DNA of 30,857 nt, taken from a virus. Its lineage: Duplodnaviria; Caudoviricetes. A model generated the notes under the pieces. That model worked only from the letters and a program-made list of their open reading frames with translations, ran no database searches and was not told the DNA's origin. The position numbers were made by a program, and so were the translations under genes. Numbering within the stretch: the stretch's first letter is position 1; each line of letters begins with the position of its first letter. Shown here one piece after another: positions 7,872 to 14,882 of the stretch. The stretch covers positions 1 to 30,857 of IMG/VR virus record IMGVR_UViG_3300011334_000236; one strand, 5' to 3'.

Positions 7872-8103
7872 TTTCTTCGTTGATTAGTTTGGTAGGTGTA
7901 AAGGTGCTAAATACTTCTTCGCGTGACAACCCTGTGTGTAAACAAATGTTGTTGAAGTCTTTGATTCTCATTCGCTCTGGGTGTGTGACGTAAAGACGTG
8001 CCGTTGGATCGCTGATTCTCAAAGCTGCTTTAAATTTCGTCAGCGTCTTGAAGTTAATCTTGACTAAGCGACCGAATGGTGTTGAATACATTTGCTTGTT
8101 CAT
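7864..8103 (-). CDS. Putative HTH (Cro/XRE-like) protein
   Basis: TLTKFKAALRISDPTARLYVTHPERMRIKD resembles an XRE-type HTH. Confidence 0.5.
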   Translation of the reverse strand: MNKQMYSTPFGRLVKINFKTLTKFKAALRISDPTARLYVTHPERMRIKDFNNICLHTGLSREEVFSTFTPTKLINEEND

Positions 8104-8393
8104 TTTCTTAATAGTGGTTTGATTAGTTGCGCTTTCTTCTTATTGTCTTTGTCGTTTGTTCCGCGCAGTTCTGGATTGTATTGCTTAACCAATCGCGCTA
8201 TGCGTGTAATGTTGTCAGCGCTGACGTACTTGCCGCTTTCGTACATGGCGAAGAAGTTGCTTGTTATGTCTTTGCGTTCGTCGAACTGTTGTTCCCAAAC
8301 CTTTACACAAAGTGCTTTGTTGTTGTTGCGAAGAAATTTATACTTCTTAAGTAGTTTCTCAACGCGGTTTTCAAGTGATACTAATTTTTTCAT
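8100..8393 (-). CDS. Hypothetical basic protein
   Basis: 97 aa, A-rich start region, ATGA-coupled to the next gene. Confidence 0.7.
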   Translation of the reverse strand: MKKLVSLENRVEKLLKKYKFLRNNNKALCVKVWEQQFDERKDITSNFFAMYESGKYVSADNITRIARLVKQYNPELRGTNDKDNKKKAQLIKPLLRK

Positions 8394-8418
8394 TTTGTTG
8401 GTTTTGATTTATTAAGTT

Positions 8419-8449
8419 AAAATTAGAGAGGGTATATTTCAACCCTCTC
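8419..8449 (-). terminator. Intergenic hairpin / probable weak terminator after SSB
   Basis: Minus strand GAGAGGGT-tgaaatat-ACCCTCTC (8449-8426) followed by TAATTTT. Confidence 0.6.
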
Positions 8450-8456
8450 GTATTAT

Positions 8457-9110
8457 TTAGAATGGCATGTCGTCTGTTTCGTCAGTAGAAACTAAACCGC
8501 TTTTTTCAAGCATTGCTTTCGCCTTGTTCATTTGATCCGCAGCCTTATCCAATCGGTTGCTAAATTCAGCCGATGTGCTAACTTTGTTTTGCAACCACTC
8601 TGGTAACATCTTAAAGCGCAAGTCAAAATCTTCGCTGTCGTAGTCTAAAAGAAACGCGCTGTTCACTAATGGTGGACAAGTCATTCCCTTAACAAGTGGA
8701 CTTGCGCCTTTAATGTCTGCGTAGGTGCGTCCTGTGTTTGCGGTGCGGTGCATGACGTTAATCATTCCTTCCTTGCCTAATAGCGTTGCGATGTCGAACT
8801 TGTTAGCTTCTGCGTCTGTGAATGCTTTGCCTAGCCAACCCTGAACGAACGCTCTCAGTCCGCTCTTTTCGTGCATAGACAAAGTGAAGTCACGACCGAT
8901 TGAAAATGGTTGTTCACCTTTGCCGAAGTCTGCTAACTCTAAAGGTAGTTCAAATACCAAGCGAACTTTGTTCACTAACTTTTCTTCGCCTTGAAAAGTG
9001 TCAAGGATTGTTCCAATGTGGATGATTTGGTAGCAACGTGCTACGTGTGTTCCAGCAGGTACTGTCTGTCCTCCGCTGTTGTTGTTTGTTTGTTGTGCAA
9101 TGATGCTCAT
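8457..9110 (-). CDS. Single-stranded DNA-binding protein (phage OB-fold type)
   Basis: Acidic-aromatic tail DETDDMPF, PAGTHVARCY...KVRLVFEL core. The frame is open up to 9251. Confidence 0.65.
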   Translation of the reverse strand: MSIIAQQTNNNSGGQTVPAGTHVARCYQIIHIGTILDTFQGEEKLVNKVRLVFELPLELADFGKGEQPFSIGRDFTLSMHEKSGLRAFVQGWLGKAFTDAEANKFDIATLLGKEGMINVMHRTANTGRTYADIKGASPLVKGMTCPPLVNSAFLLDYDSEDFDLRFKMLPEWLQNKVSTSAEFSNRLDKAADQMNKAKAMLEKSGLVSTDETDDMPF

Positions 9111-9250
9111 GTTGTTGTTGTTTATTTTGTTGTTATTGAATTGATTTAAGTATTCTTCGAACTTTATAGCCAGTTCGTAGTCGGCTTGAATGTGTCTTTC
9201 CTGACTTTCGTGAAGGTCAGACTGCTCATTGATTCGTTTGAAATAACCCA

Positions 9251-9541
9251 TTACACGTGGTCGTCAAAGATGTTAATGTCAAAGCTGAAAGTGATTCCGT
9301 CTTTTTCGAGTGTGACAAAGTCCAAGTCAAACTCAGGATCGTCGCTGCGGAAGAAACGACCTCGCAAATGGATCGTGAACATATTGTCTTGTTCGTCTAT
9401 GAAAACCAAGTGTTGTTTTTCGTCTACTTCAAACCAACCTGTTTGGTCATCGTTGTAGTTGTTAGCGATTACTTTGATTCTTTCGTTCAACGTGCGTATG
9501 TCGTCTTCGTTGAAGCAGTAAGTGATTTTTGGACAGTACAT
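9251..9541 (-). CDS. Hypothetical acidic protein
   Basis: 96 aa, A-rich start region. Confidence 0.7.
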   Translation of the reverse strand: MYCPKITYCFNEDDIRTLNERIKVIANNYNDDQTGWFEVDEKQHLVFIDEQDNMFTIHLRGRFFRSDDPEFDLDFVTLEKDGITFSFDINIFDDHV

Positions 9542-9552
9542 ATTTTTGATTT

Positions 9553-9909
9553 TTAGTGGTTACAAATGTATTCAATTAAGTTGTCGTTCCAACGTGCTTC
9601 CGAAAGTTTTTGATGTTTCTCAATGTTGGCTGCGACTTCGTTGTGCGTTAGGTTGTACGCTGACGCTGACGAAGAAACGCAAATAAAGTTAGATTTCTTG
9701 TGTTGGCTCTGGTAGTTCTTTCCAAGATGTTGAATCAAATTTGTTGAGTAGTGGTTCAAGTTCGTCAATTCTACTTTGACAAAACGTATCCCAAGCCAGT
9801 GTTCCATTTCTCTTGCTACCCCAATAATCTTGGGTTTGCATGATTGAATCCATAATGAGTTTAACGTCGTTTTCAAATAAGAACGGAGTTGTGTAAAGAT
9901 GTTTTTCAT
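9553..9909 (-). CDS. Hypothetical protein overlapping the 9689-9916 ORF
   Basis: 118 aa. The only ORF covering 9553-9688. Start uncertain. Confidence 0.4.
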   Translation of the reverse strand: MKNIFTQLRSYLKTTLNSLWIQSCKPKIIGVAREMEHWLGIRFVKVELTNLNHYSTNLIQHLGKNYQSQHKKSNFICVSSSASAYNLTHNEVAANIEKHQKLSEARWNDNLIEYICNH

Positions 9910-9916
9910 TGTTCAT
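9689..9916 (-). CDS. Hypothetical protein (MNNEKHLYTTPF..., 75 aa)
   Basis: ATG at 9916 follows AAAACCAAAAATCAA. Preferred over the track start at 9994. Confidence 0.65.
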   Translation of the reverse strand: MNNEKHLYTTPFLFENDVKLIMDSIMQTQDYWGSKRNGTLAWDTFCQSRIDELEPLLNKFDSTSWKELPEPTQEI

Positions 9917-9929
9917 TTGATTTTTGGTT

Positions 9930-10100
9930 TTAAATTTCTTTTGATAAGATGATTTCTTCGCGTGGAATGGCTGACTTGATTTTGTCGTAAGCACGTACCG
10001 CTTCGTCGTAGTCGTTGTACGACATATGAAACTCTCCGTTGACTACAATCTTATAGTACATATCAGTCAACGTTGTTTTTTGAATTAGTTCTACTTTCAT
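9930..10100 (-). CDS. Small early protein, 56 aa (MKVELIQKTTLTDMYYKIVVNGEF...)
   Basis: Translated by hand. ATGA-coupled to the upstream ORF. Confidence 0.75.
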   Translation of the reverse strand: MKVELIQKTTLTDMYYKIVVNGEFHMSYNDYDEAVRAYDKIKSAIPREEIILSKEI

Positions 10101-10210
10101 TTTGTTGTGTGGTTTGGGGTTTGTTCTAATTGTCTTGTTTGTTCGTCAATCGTTCCTGCGATTAACATTGCTCCGAAAAGAAGCGCGATGTAGAGTAGTT
10201 GTTTTTTCAT
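10097..10210 (-). CDS. Small early membrane peptide, 37 aa (MKKQLLYIALLFGAMLIAGTIDEQTRQLEQTPNHTTK)
   Basis: Translated by hand. Basic N-terminus plus hydrophobic helix, tiles between neighbours. Confidence 0.7.
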   Translation of the reverse strand: MKKQLLYIALLFGAMLIAGTIDEQTRQLEQTPNHTTK

Positions 10211-10211
10211 T

Positions 10212-10400
10212 TTAGATTTGATTTACAATTATAAGTGTTTCAGGTTTGTTTCCTTCTGAATATGCTTCGCTGTAATGGTCGTTAATTTCAAGACCTTTTG
10301 CGTCAGCGTGGCGAACCATACAATCAACCGCTTCTTTCTCAGTAGCGAATGTAAATTGTTGAACTTGAATGTTGTTGTGGTAAAATGTTACTGTGTTCAT
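10212..10400 (-). CDS. Hypothetical protein, first gene of the early operon
   Basis: 62 aa, follows the consensus promoter and a CAA-rich leader. Confidence 0.75.
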   Translation of the reverse strand: MNTVTFYHNNIQVQQFTFATEKEAVDCMVRHADAKGLEINDHYSEAYSEGNKPETLIIVNQI

Positions 10401-10445
10401 GTTGTTTGTTTTTGTTTATCTTTGGTGTTGTTGTTAATTGTTTGA

Positions 10446-10475
10446 CAAATATATGCTAAACTTTTGAATACACAA
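10446..10475 (-). promoter_or_regulatory. Bacteroidota primary-sigma promoter driving the early operon
   Basis: Minus strand TTG-N19-TATATTTG, an exact match to the -33/-7 (TTG...TAnnTTTG) consensus. Confidence 0.85.
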
Positions 10476-10520
10476 CAAAAAAATGAAAATAAATTGAAAA
10501 TAATTTATAACTGATTGAAA

Positions 10521-10925
10521 ATGAATGTCAAGACATATAAAAAAAGTTACAAAAAAACTACTGCGAAGCGTAAAATTGCACCTGAAAGCGAAGCGAACCA
10601 ACAAGAGATAGTAATAAAGTACATTCGTTTAGCATATCCTCACGTTCTTTATTGCGCTTCAGCAGGTGGAATGCGTACAAGTTACTTGCAAGCTATTAAG
10701 ATGAAGCGTACTGGATATGTGAAAGGATTTCCTGACCTATTCATCTATGAACCAAACGCAGACTATCACGGTCTTGCTATTGAAATGAAGAAAGAAAAGG
10801 GTGGTGTTGCGTCGCCTGAACAAAAGTCATGGCAGGAACAATTAAGAAACAGAGGATACGCTTCGTATATTTGTAAAGGTAGCGAGGAAGCAATTAAGAT
10901 AATAGACGAATACTTTAATGAGTGA
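10521..10925 (+). CDS. VRR-NUC domain nuclease (resolvase-like)
   Basis: SEANQQ, KGFPDLFI, AIEMKKEKGGVASPEQKSW (PD-(D/E)xK). Confidence 0.9.
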   Translation: MNVKTYKKSYKKTTAKRKIAPESEANQQEIVIKYIRLAYPHVLYCASAGGMRTSYLQAIKMKRTGYVKGFPDLFIYEPNADYHGLAIEMKKEKGGVASPEQKSWQEQLRNRGYASYICKGSEEAIKIIDEYFNE

Positions 10926-11425
10926 AACTTGACCATTACATAGAAGGGCGATATAAGCACTTCAAAGAGTTAGCGTATAACATCGCTCGGAAAGAACCAT
11001 TCTTCGAGGATCTATTGCACGACTCTTTGCTTTCTATGTTCGGTTCGAAGCACATTGAAAAATTAATTGACACAGGTGACTTTGAGTTCTACTTAATCCG
11101 CGTAATGTATTTGTCGGTTAACAGTCCAACGTCGCCTTTCTACAAACAGACTATTGCGTGGAACAGAAACCGACGTGACTTCAAAGACTACGCGCACGAA
11201 GTTGATAAGACTTGGTTAGGCGCACGAATGACAAACGAACAACTGGACATTCTAATTAGTCGACTGAGTGAGTTTGAACGGTTAATCTTTCAGGAATACA
11301 TATTGGAAGACTTCACCTATCGAGAACTTTCAAAACAAACGGGAATACCCGTTACCTTCCTTTACAAAACAATTGATAGTATCAAACAAAAAATAAGAGC
11401 CAATGTTATTCGCAAAACACAATGA
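10922..11425 (+). CDS. ECF sigma-70-like factor (probable late-transcription regulator)
   Basis: Region 2-like EDLLHDSLL, region 4 LSEFERLIF...TYRELSKQTGIPVTFLYKTI. Confidence 0.75.
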   Translation: MKLDHYIEGRYKHFKELAYNIARKEPFFEDLLHDSLLSMFGSKHIEKLIDTGDFEFYLIRVMYLSVNSPTSPFYKQTIAWNRNRRDFKDYAHEVDKTWLGARMTNEQLDILISRLSEFERLIFQEYILEDFTYRELSKQTGIPVTFLYKTIDSIKQKIRANVIRKTQ

Positions 11426-11843
11426 GTACAAACGCAGGTTAGATATATGCCGAGCGTGTAAATTCTTCGAAGCGTCAACGCAAAGTTGCGGTACTTTAAT
11501 AGTAGGTGACGAAGTAGAAACCGAAGTCCTATTCCGTCGCAAGTCAATTAAGTTATGCGGCTGCGTTATGCCAGTCAAAGCAAAACTCGCCTTCGCTTCC
11601 TGTCCTGCATCTAAATGGGACGGTGTTCTTTCACTTGAAGAACAAATAGAGTTCAAACGTTTCTTGCTTGATATGAAAGCGCAGGGTAAGTTGGAGCAAA
11701 ATGATATGTTGAAGTTCTATTCGTTCAAGGACAAAGCCACAGGAGCGTTCAACGAGCGTTCAACGTGTCCACCTTGTGTGAAGAAAGACATCAACAGCTT
11801 TCTTGAATCAATGAAAGACGTGAATGTTGATTTGAACAATTAA
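11403..11843 (+). CDS. Cys-rich (Zn-binding) hypothetical protein
   Basis: RRLDICRAC, LCGCVMPVKAKLAFASCPASKW, TCPPCV. Confidence 0.75.
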   Translation: MLFAKHNEYKRRLDICRACKFFEASTQSCGTLIVGDEVETEVLFRRKSIKLCGCVMPVKAKLAFASCPASKWDGVLSLEEQIEFKRFLLDMKAQGKLEQNDMLKFYSFKDKATGAFNERSTCPPCVKKDINSFLESMKDVNVDLNN

Positions 11844-11882
11844 GAACTTAAAACTATTTTACGGTTTTAATAAAGTTCACTT

Positions 11883-11967
11883 TATATTCGTGAAGTCAAA
11901 TGGTATAAAGTATTAACCCTCTTTTGTTTCCGTTTGACGACAAGAAACAATTGGGGGTTATTTTTTT
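11883..11967 (+). ncRNA. Putative promoter + structured short RNA/attenuator ending in an intrinsic terminator
   Basis: TATATTCG box, stem 11914-11930/11944-11960 plus T7. The 5' segment GTCAAATG pairs with loop CGTTTGAC. Confidence 0.55.
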
Positions 11968-12114
11968 AAAGTAAATGAACAACACTGAATAAACAACGTA
12001 AAAGCCTTCGTAAGTCAAAGCGAAGTAACCAATGACTACACTTGCAATATATCAATGCTTGGATCGAGCAACTGCCCTTTTAAGGGCAAAGACAGTTTGT
12101 TTTTCTTGGGGGGA

Positions 12115-12172
12115 CTTTTTCTTTTCTTTCTTTTTCTTTTACCTTTTTCTTTTTCTTTCTTTTCTTTTCTTT
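12115..12172. repeat. Polypyrimidine (CTTTT-like) tract in the largest non-coding region
   Basis: 58 nt of C/T with a single A. Confidence 0.9.
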
Positions 12173-12218
12173 ACACATTTAGTGACAGTCAATAAATTTA
12201 GTGTTATTAAAGACAGAC

Positions 12219-12248
12219 TTGAAGTAAATTAGCACAATAATATATTTA
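12219..12248 (+). promoter_or_regulatory. Promoter for ParB-N/mom
   Basis: TTG-N19-TATATTTA, 6 nt before the ATG at 12255. Confidence 0.7.
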
Positions 12249-12254
12249 ACTAAT

Positions 12255-12860
12255 ATGAAGACACAAACTGTTCCAATAAACGAAGTAAAGTCCAACCCTA
12301 ATAATCCACGAATAATTAAGGACGATAAATTCAAGAAACTTGTTGCTTCAATAAAAGAACTTCCACAAATGTTGGAGCTACGTCCAATAGTCGTGAATGA
12401 AGATATGGTTGTTCTTGGTGGTAACATGAGATTGAAAGCGTGTAAGGAAGCAGGACTAAAAGAAATACCAATTATCAAAGCATCTGAATTGAATGAAGAA
12501 CAACAACGCGCTTTTATCATTAAAGATAACGTTGGTTTTGGTGAATGGGACTGGGACGCGTTAGCCAACGAATGGGACGCGGAACAATTAGAAGAATGGG
12601 GTTTAGACGTTTGGAAAGGACAAGACGTAGATTTAGATTCTTTAAGTGATGAATTTAGTTTGCCAGAAGGTGATAAAGCACCATTTCAACAAATGACTTT
12701 TACTCTTGCAGACGAACAAGCAACGCAAATAAAAAACGCAATAGCAGATATAAAGCAAACAGAAGAATATAAGTATTGCGAAACAATGGGAAATGAAAAT
12801 TCAAATGGCAACGCACTTTATTTAATAGTAATGCAATGGGCAGAGCAAAAGAGATCATAG
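12255..12860 (+). CDS. ParB/Srx N-terminal domain protein (DNA-modification associated)
   Basis: NPNNPRII, LRPIVVNEDMVVLGGNMRLKAC, IIKDNVGFGEWD. Confidence 0.9.
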   Translation: MKTQTVPINEVKSNPNNPRIIKDDKFKKLVASIKELPQMLELRPIVVNEDMVVLGGNMRLKACKEAGLKEIPIIKASELNEEQQRAFIIKDNVGFGEWDWDALANEWDAEQLEEWGLDVWKGQDVDLDSLSDEFSLPEGDKAPFQQMTFTLADEQATQIKNAIADIKQTEEYKYCETMGNENSNGNALYLIVMQWAEQKRS

Positions 12861-13609
12861 TAAAAGTTATACCTGCAAAAATTGCAAATGAATTTGTAAA
12901 AAAACATCATTATAGCGGCAAAATTGTAAACAATAGTTCTTTACACTTTGGTTGTTTTTTAGATAACAATTTACACGGTGTAATGAGTTACGGCAGCCCT
13001 TTTGATAAAAGCAGAGTTCTTGGAATGGTTCAACCTTGTTTGTGGAATGAAATGCTTGAACTTAACCGTATGGCTTTTGATGATTACTTGCCTAAAAATA
13101 GCGAAAGCAGATGCCTTGCAATAAGTATTAAACTAATCAAAAAAAATGCGCCGCATATTAAATGGCTTCTTTCTTTTAGCGACGGAACACAAAGTGGTGA
13201 CGGAACTATTTATAGGGCAAGTGGTTTTTATTTAACATCAGTAAAACCTAATTCAAGTATAATTGAATTGCCAAACGGAAAGAGAGTTGCAAGTATGACT
13301 TTTACAAAAGGCAAACACATATTATCACAAAATGGCAGAGCAGGTGTTCCAGAAGGAAGTAAGAAAGTTGCAGGGTTTCAACTTCGTTATATTTACTTAA
13401 TAGACAAATCTTGTCAAATTACCGTTCCAATTTTACCATTTAGCAAAATAGACGAAATGGGAGCAGGAATGTATAAGGGCAAAAAAATAACCCTGCAAGA
13501 ACGCAAGGTTATCAATTTGAGCGAAGTGGTCGAATCGAACGCCGACTCTGTTCTGGAAGAACAGCATGTTGCCACTACACTAACTCCGCGTAGTAAAAGT
13601 AAAAAATAA
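12836..13609 (+). CDS. mom: Mom-family adenine modification (GNAT-fold) enzyme
   Basis: FVKKHHYSG, ELNRM...PKNSESR, LLSFSDGTQ.GDGTIYRASGF are Mom-family motifs. Confidence 0.85.
   Translation: MGRAKEIIVKVIPAKIANEFVKKHHYSGKIVNNSSLHFGCFLDNNLHGVMSYGSPFDKSRVLGMVQPCLWNEMLELNRMAFDDYLPKNSESRCLAISIKLIKKNAPHIKWLLSFSDGTQSGDGTIYRASGFYLTSVKPNSSIIELPNGKRVASMTFTKGKHILSQNGRAGVPEGSKKVAGFQLRYIYLIDKSCQITVPILPFSKIDEMGAGMYKGKKITLQERKVINLSEVVESNADSVLEEQHVATTLTPRSKSKK
13520..13589 (-). tRNA. tRNA-Gly(TCC)-like gene with a one-nucleotide T-stem deletion; CCA not encoded
   Basis: GCGGAGU UA GUGU AGUGGCA ACAU G CUGUU CU-UCC-AG AACAG AGUC GGCG UUCGAUU CGACC ACUUCGC U folds as a cloverleaf. Confidence 0.85.
13594..13601 (-). 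promoter_or_regulatory. -7-like box TACTTTTA, 4 nt upstream of tRNA G1
   Basis: TAnnTTTA variant. No clear -33 element. Confidence 0.4.
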
Positions 13610-13639
13610 ACGTGAGAGAATCGTGAAAAATTATTAACA

Positions 13640-13999
13640 ATGGCAAACGAACAAAACCTTAAACCCTTTCCAAAAGGAAACAACGCAAACCCCAACGGAC
13701 GACCGAAAAAATACGTTTCGTTGTTGAAGGAAAGCGGCTACAAGTTGAGCGAAATAAACGATACTATTCAAGTAATGATGGCTATGGATATGGACGAACT
13801 CAAAAGCGTTTGGGACAATTCAAAAGCAACGATACTTGAAAAGACAATCGCAAACGCCATGATGACCTCGTTGAAAAAAGGCAATTTGTATTCTCTCGAA
13901 ACATTATTGAGCCGTGCGTTTGGTAATCCAAAACAAATGACCGAACTTACAGGCGCAAACAGCGAACCGATACAAATCATAATCAATGACAAATTATAA
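13640..13999 (+). CDS. terS: Terminase small subunit (putative)
   Basis: MANEQNLKPFPKGNNANPNGRPK N-terminus, LLSRAFGNPKQ, ELTGANSEPIQI tail. Confidence 0.75.
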   Translation: MANEQNLKPFPKGNNANPNGRPKKYVSLLKESGYKLSEINDTIQVMMAMDMDELKSVWDNSKATILEKTIANAMMTSLKKGNLYSLETLLSRAFGNPKQMTELTGANSEPIQIIINDKL

Positions 14000-14022
14000 C
14001 AACCAATTCGACAAATTACCGA

Positions 14023-14268
14023 ATGAGCACAGCTACTTTGACATTTGACTTAAGTGACGGAGACGATCGTTTTGAATTTAACAGAGCAACGAAGGCGCGC
14101 GATATGGCAATGATGTTATGGGAACTCGATATGAACGGTTACCGCAAGTTCACGAAGTACAACGAACGACAGGAAGCCGCATATCAGGAAGGTATCGAAG
14201 AAGTCTTTGAATACATTCGCAAGCTGCTCAAAGAACACCAGATAGACGTTGAACAATTAATCGTATAA
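14023..14268 (+). CDS. Hypothetical protein
   Basis: 81 aa, MSTATLTFDL...EF..A.KA.DM pattern seen in small phage proteins. Confidence 0.7.
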   Translation: MSTATLTFDLSDGDDRFEFNRATKARDMAMMLWELDMNGYRKFTKYNERQEAAYQEGIEEVFEYIRKLLKEHQIDVEQLIV

Positions 14269-14276
14269 TGTGATTC

Positions 14277-14370
14277 TGTCGCAAAAATCTACTATACTTG
14301 CGACAAACAAAAGACAGAACAAGACAATTAGTGGCAAATGTTTGTCACAATTATTTGAAAATTTGTGACA
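14277..14370. repeat. Two related spaced palindromes
   Basis: TGTCGCAA-N13-TTGCGACA (14277-14305) and TGTCACAA-N12-TTGTGACA (14343-14370). Confidence 0.85.
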
Positions 14371-14385
14371 TAAAAAATAAAATAA

Positions 14386-14529
14386 ATGCCAATACCAATA
14401 CCAACACCCATAGAACCAAAAGAAGATTTTATCTATCGTTGCATGAGTGACGACAAGATGACTTCTGAATATCCAGACACAACCCAACGTTATGCTGTTT
14501 GCATAGCTTCATACACCGAAAACAAATGA
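14386..14529 (+). CDS. Small protein, 47 aa (MPIPIPTPIEPKEDFIYRCMSDDKMTSEYPDTTQRYAVCIASYTENK)
   Basis: Translated by hand. FI.RCM...EYPD..QRYAVC two-Cys motif, ATGA-coupled downstream. Confidence 0.8.
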   Translation: MPIPIPTPIEPKEDFIYRCMSDDKMTSEYPDTTQRYAVCIASYTENK

Positions 14530-14882
14530 ACTACTTAGACAGAGTAAGACGCAACCTAAACGCGCAAGAACGTATCTCGTTTGACTTCGACGGTACTCTT
14601 TCCACTCCACAAGGCAAAGCGTTAGCAAAGCGCTTTATCTCGAAGGGTTACACGGTCTATATCGTAACTGCACGCAGTCCACGATTGAGCAAAGCAGTTT
14701 ATGAAGTAGCGGATGAGTTAGGTATTTCACACAACCGTGTGGAACTTACAGGAAGCAACAGCGCAAAGATTGACTTCATTGTGAACAACCGCATCCGTAA
14801 GCATTACGACAACAACCCAGACGTTGTGAACGAATTGAAGGACAAAGGAATTGAAGCAACACTTGTTAACTACGAATCATGA
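14526..14882 (+). CDS. Minimal HAD-superfamily hydrolase-like protein
   Basis: ISFDFDGTL (motif I), IVTAR (II), K (III), HYDNN (IV). Confidence 0.8.
   Translation: MNYLDRVRRNLNAQERISFDFDGTLSTPQGKALAKRFISKGYTVYIVTARSPRLSKAVYEVADELGISHNRVELTGSNSAKIDFIVNNRIRKHYDNNPDVVNELKDKGIEATLVNYES

Noticed and set aside
12032-12232. 66-aa Phe-rich ORF, and the 32-aa Lys-rich ORF on the opposite strand
   Set aside because: Both are by-products of the low-complexity pyrimidine tract, with no supporting signals.
12255-12860. Plasmid-prophage partition system
   Set aside because: Only a ParB/Srx N-domain, with no ParA or HTH. Context indicates a modification-associated ParB-N.
13520-13589. tRNA fragment as attP site
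   Set aside because: No integrase is present, and the element is a full cloverleaf rather than a 3' fragment.
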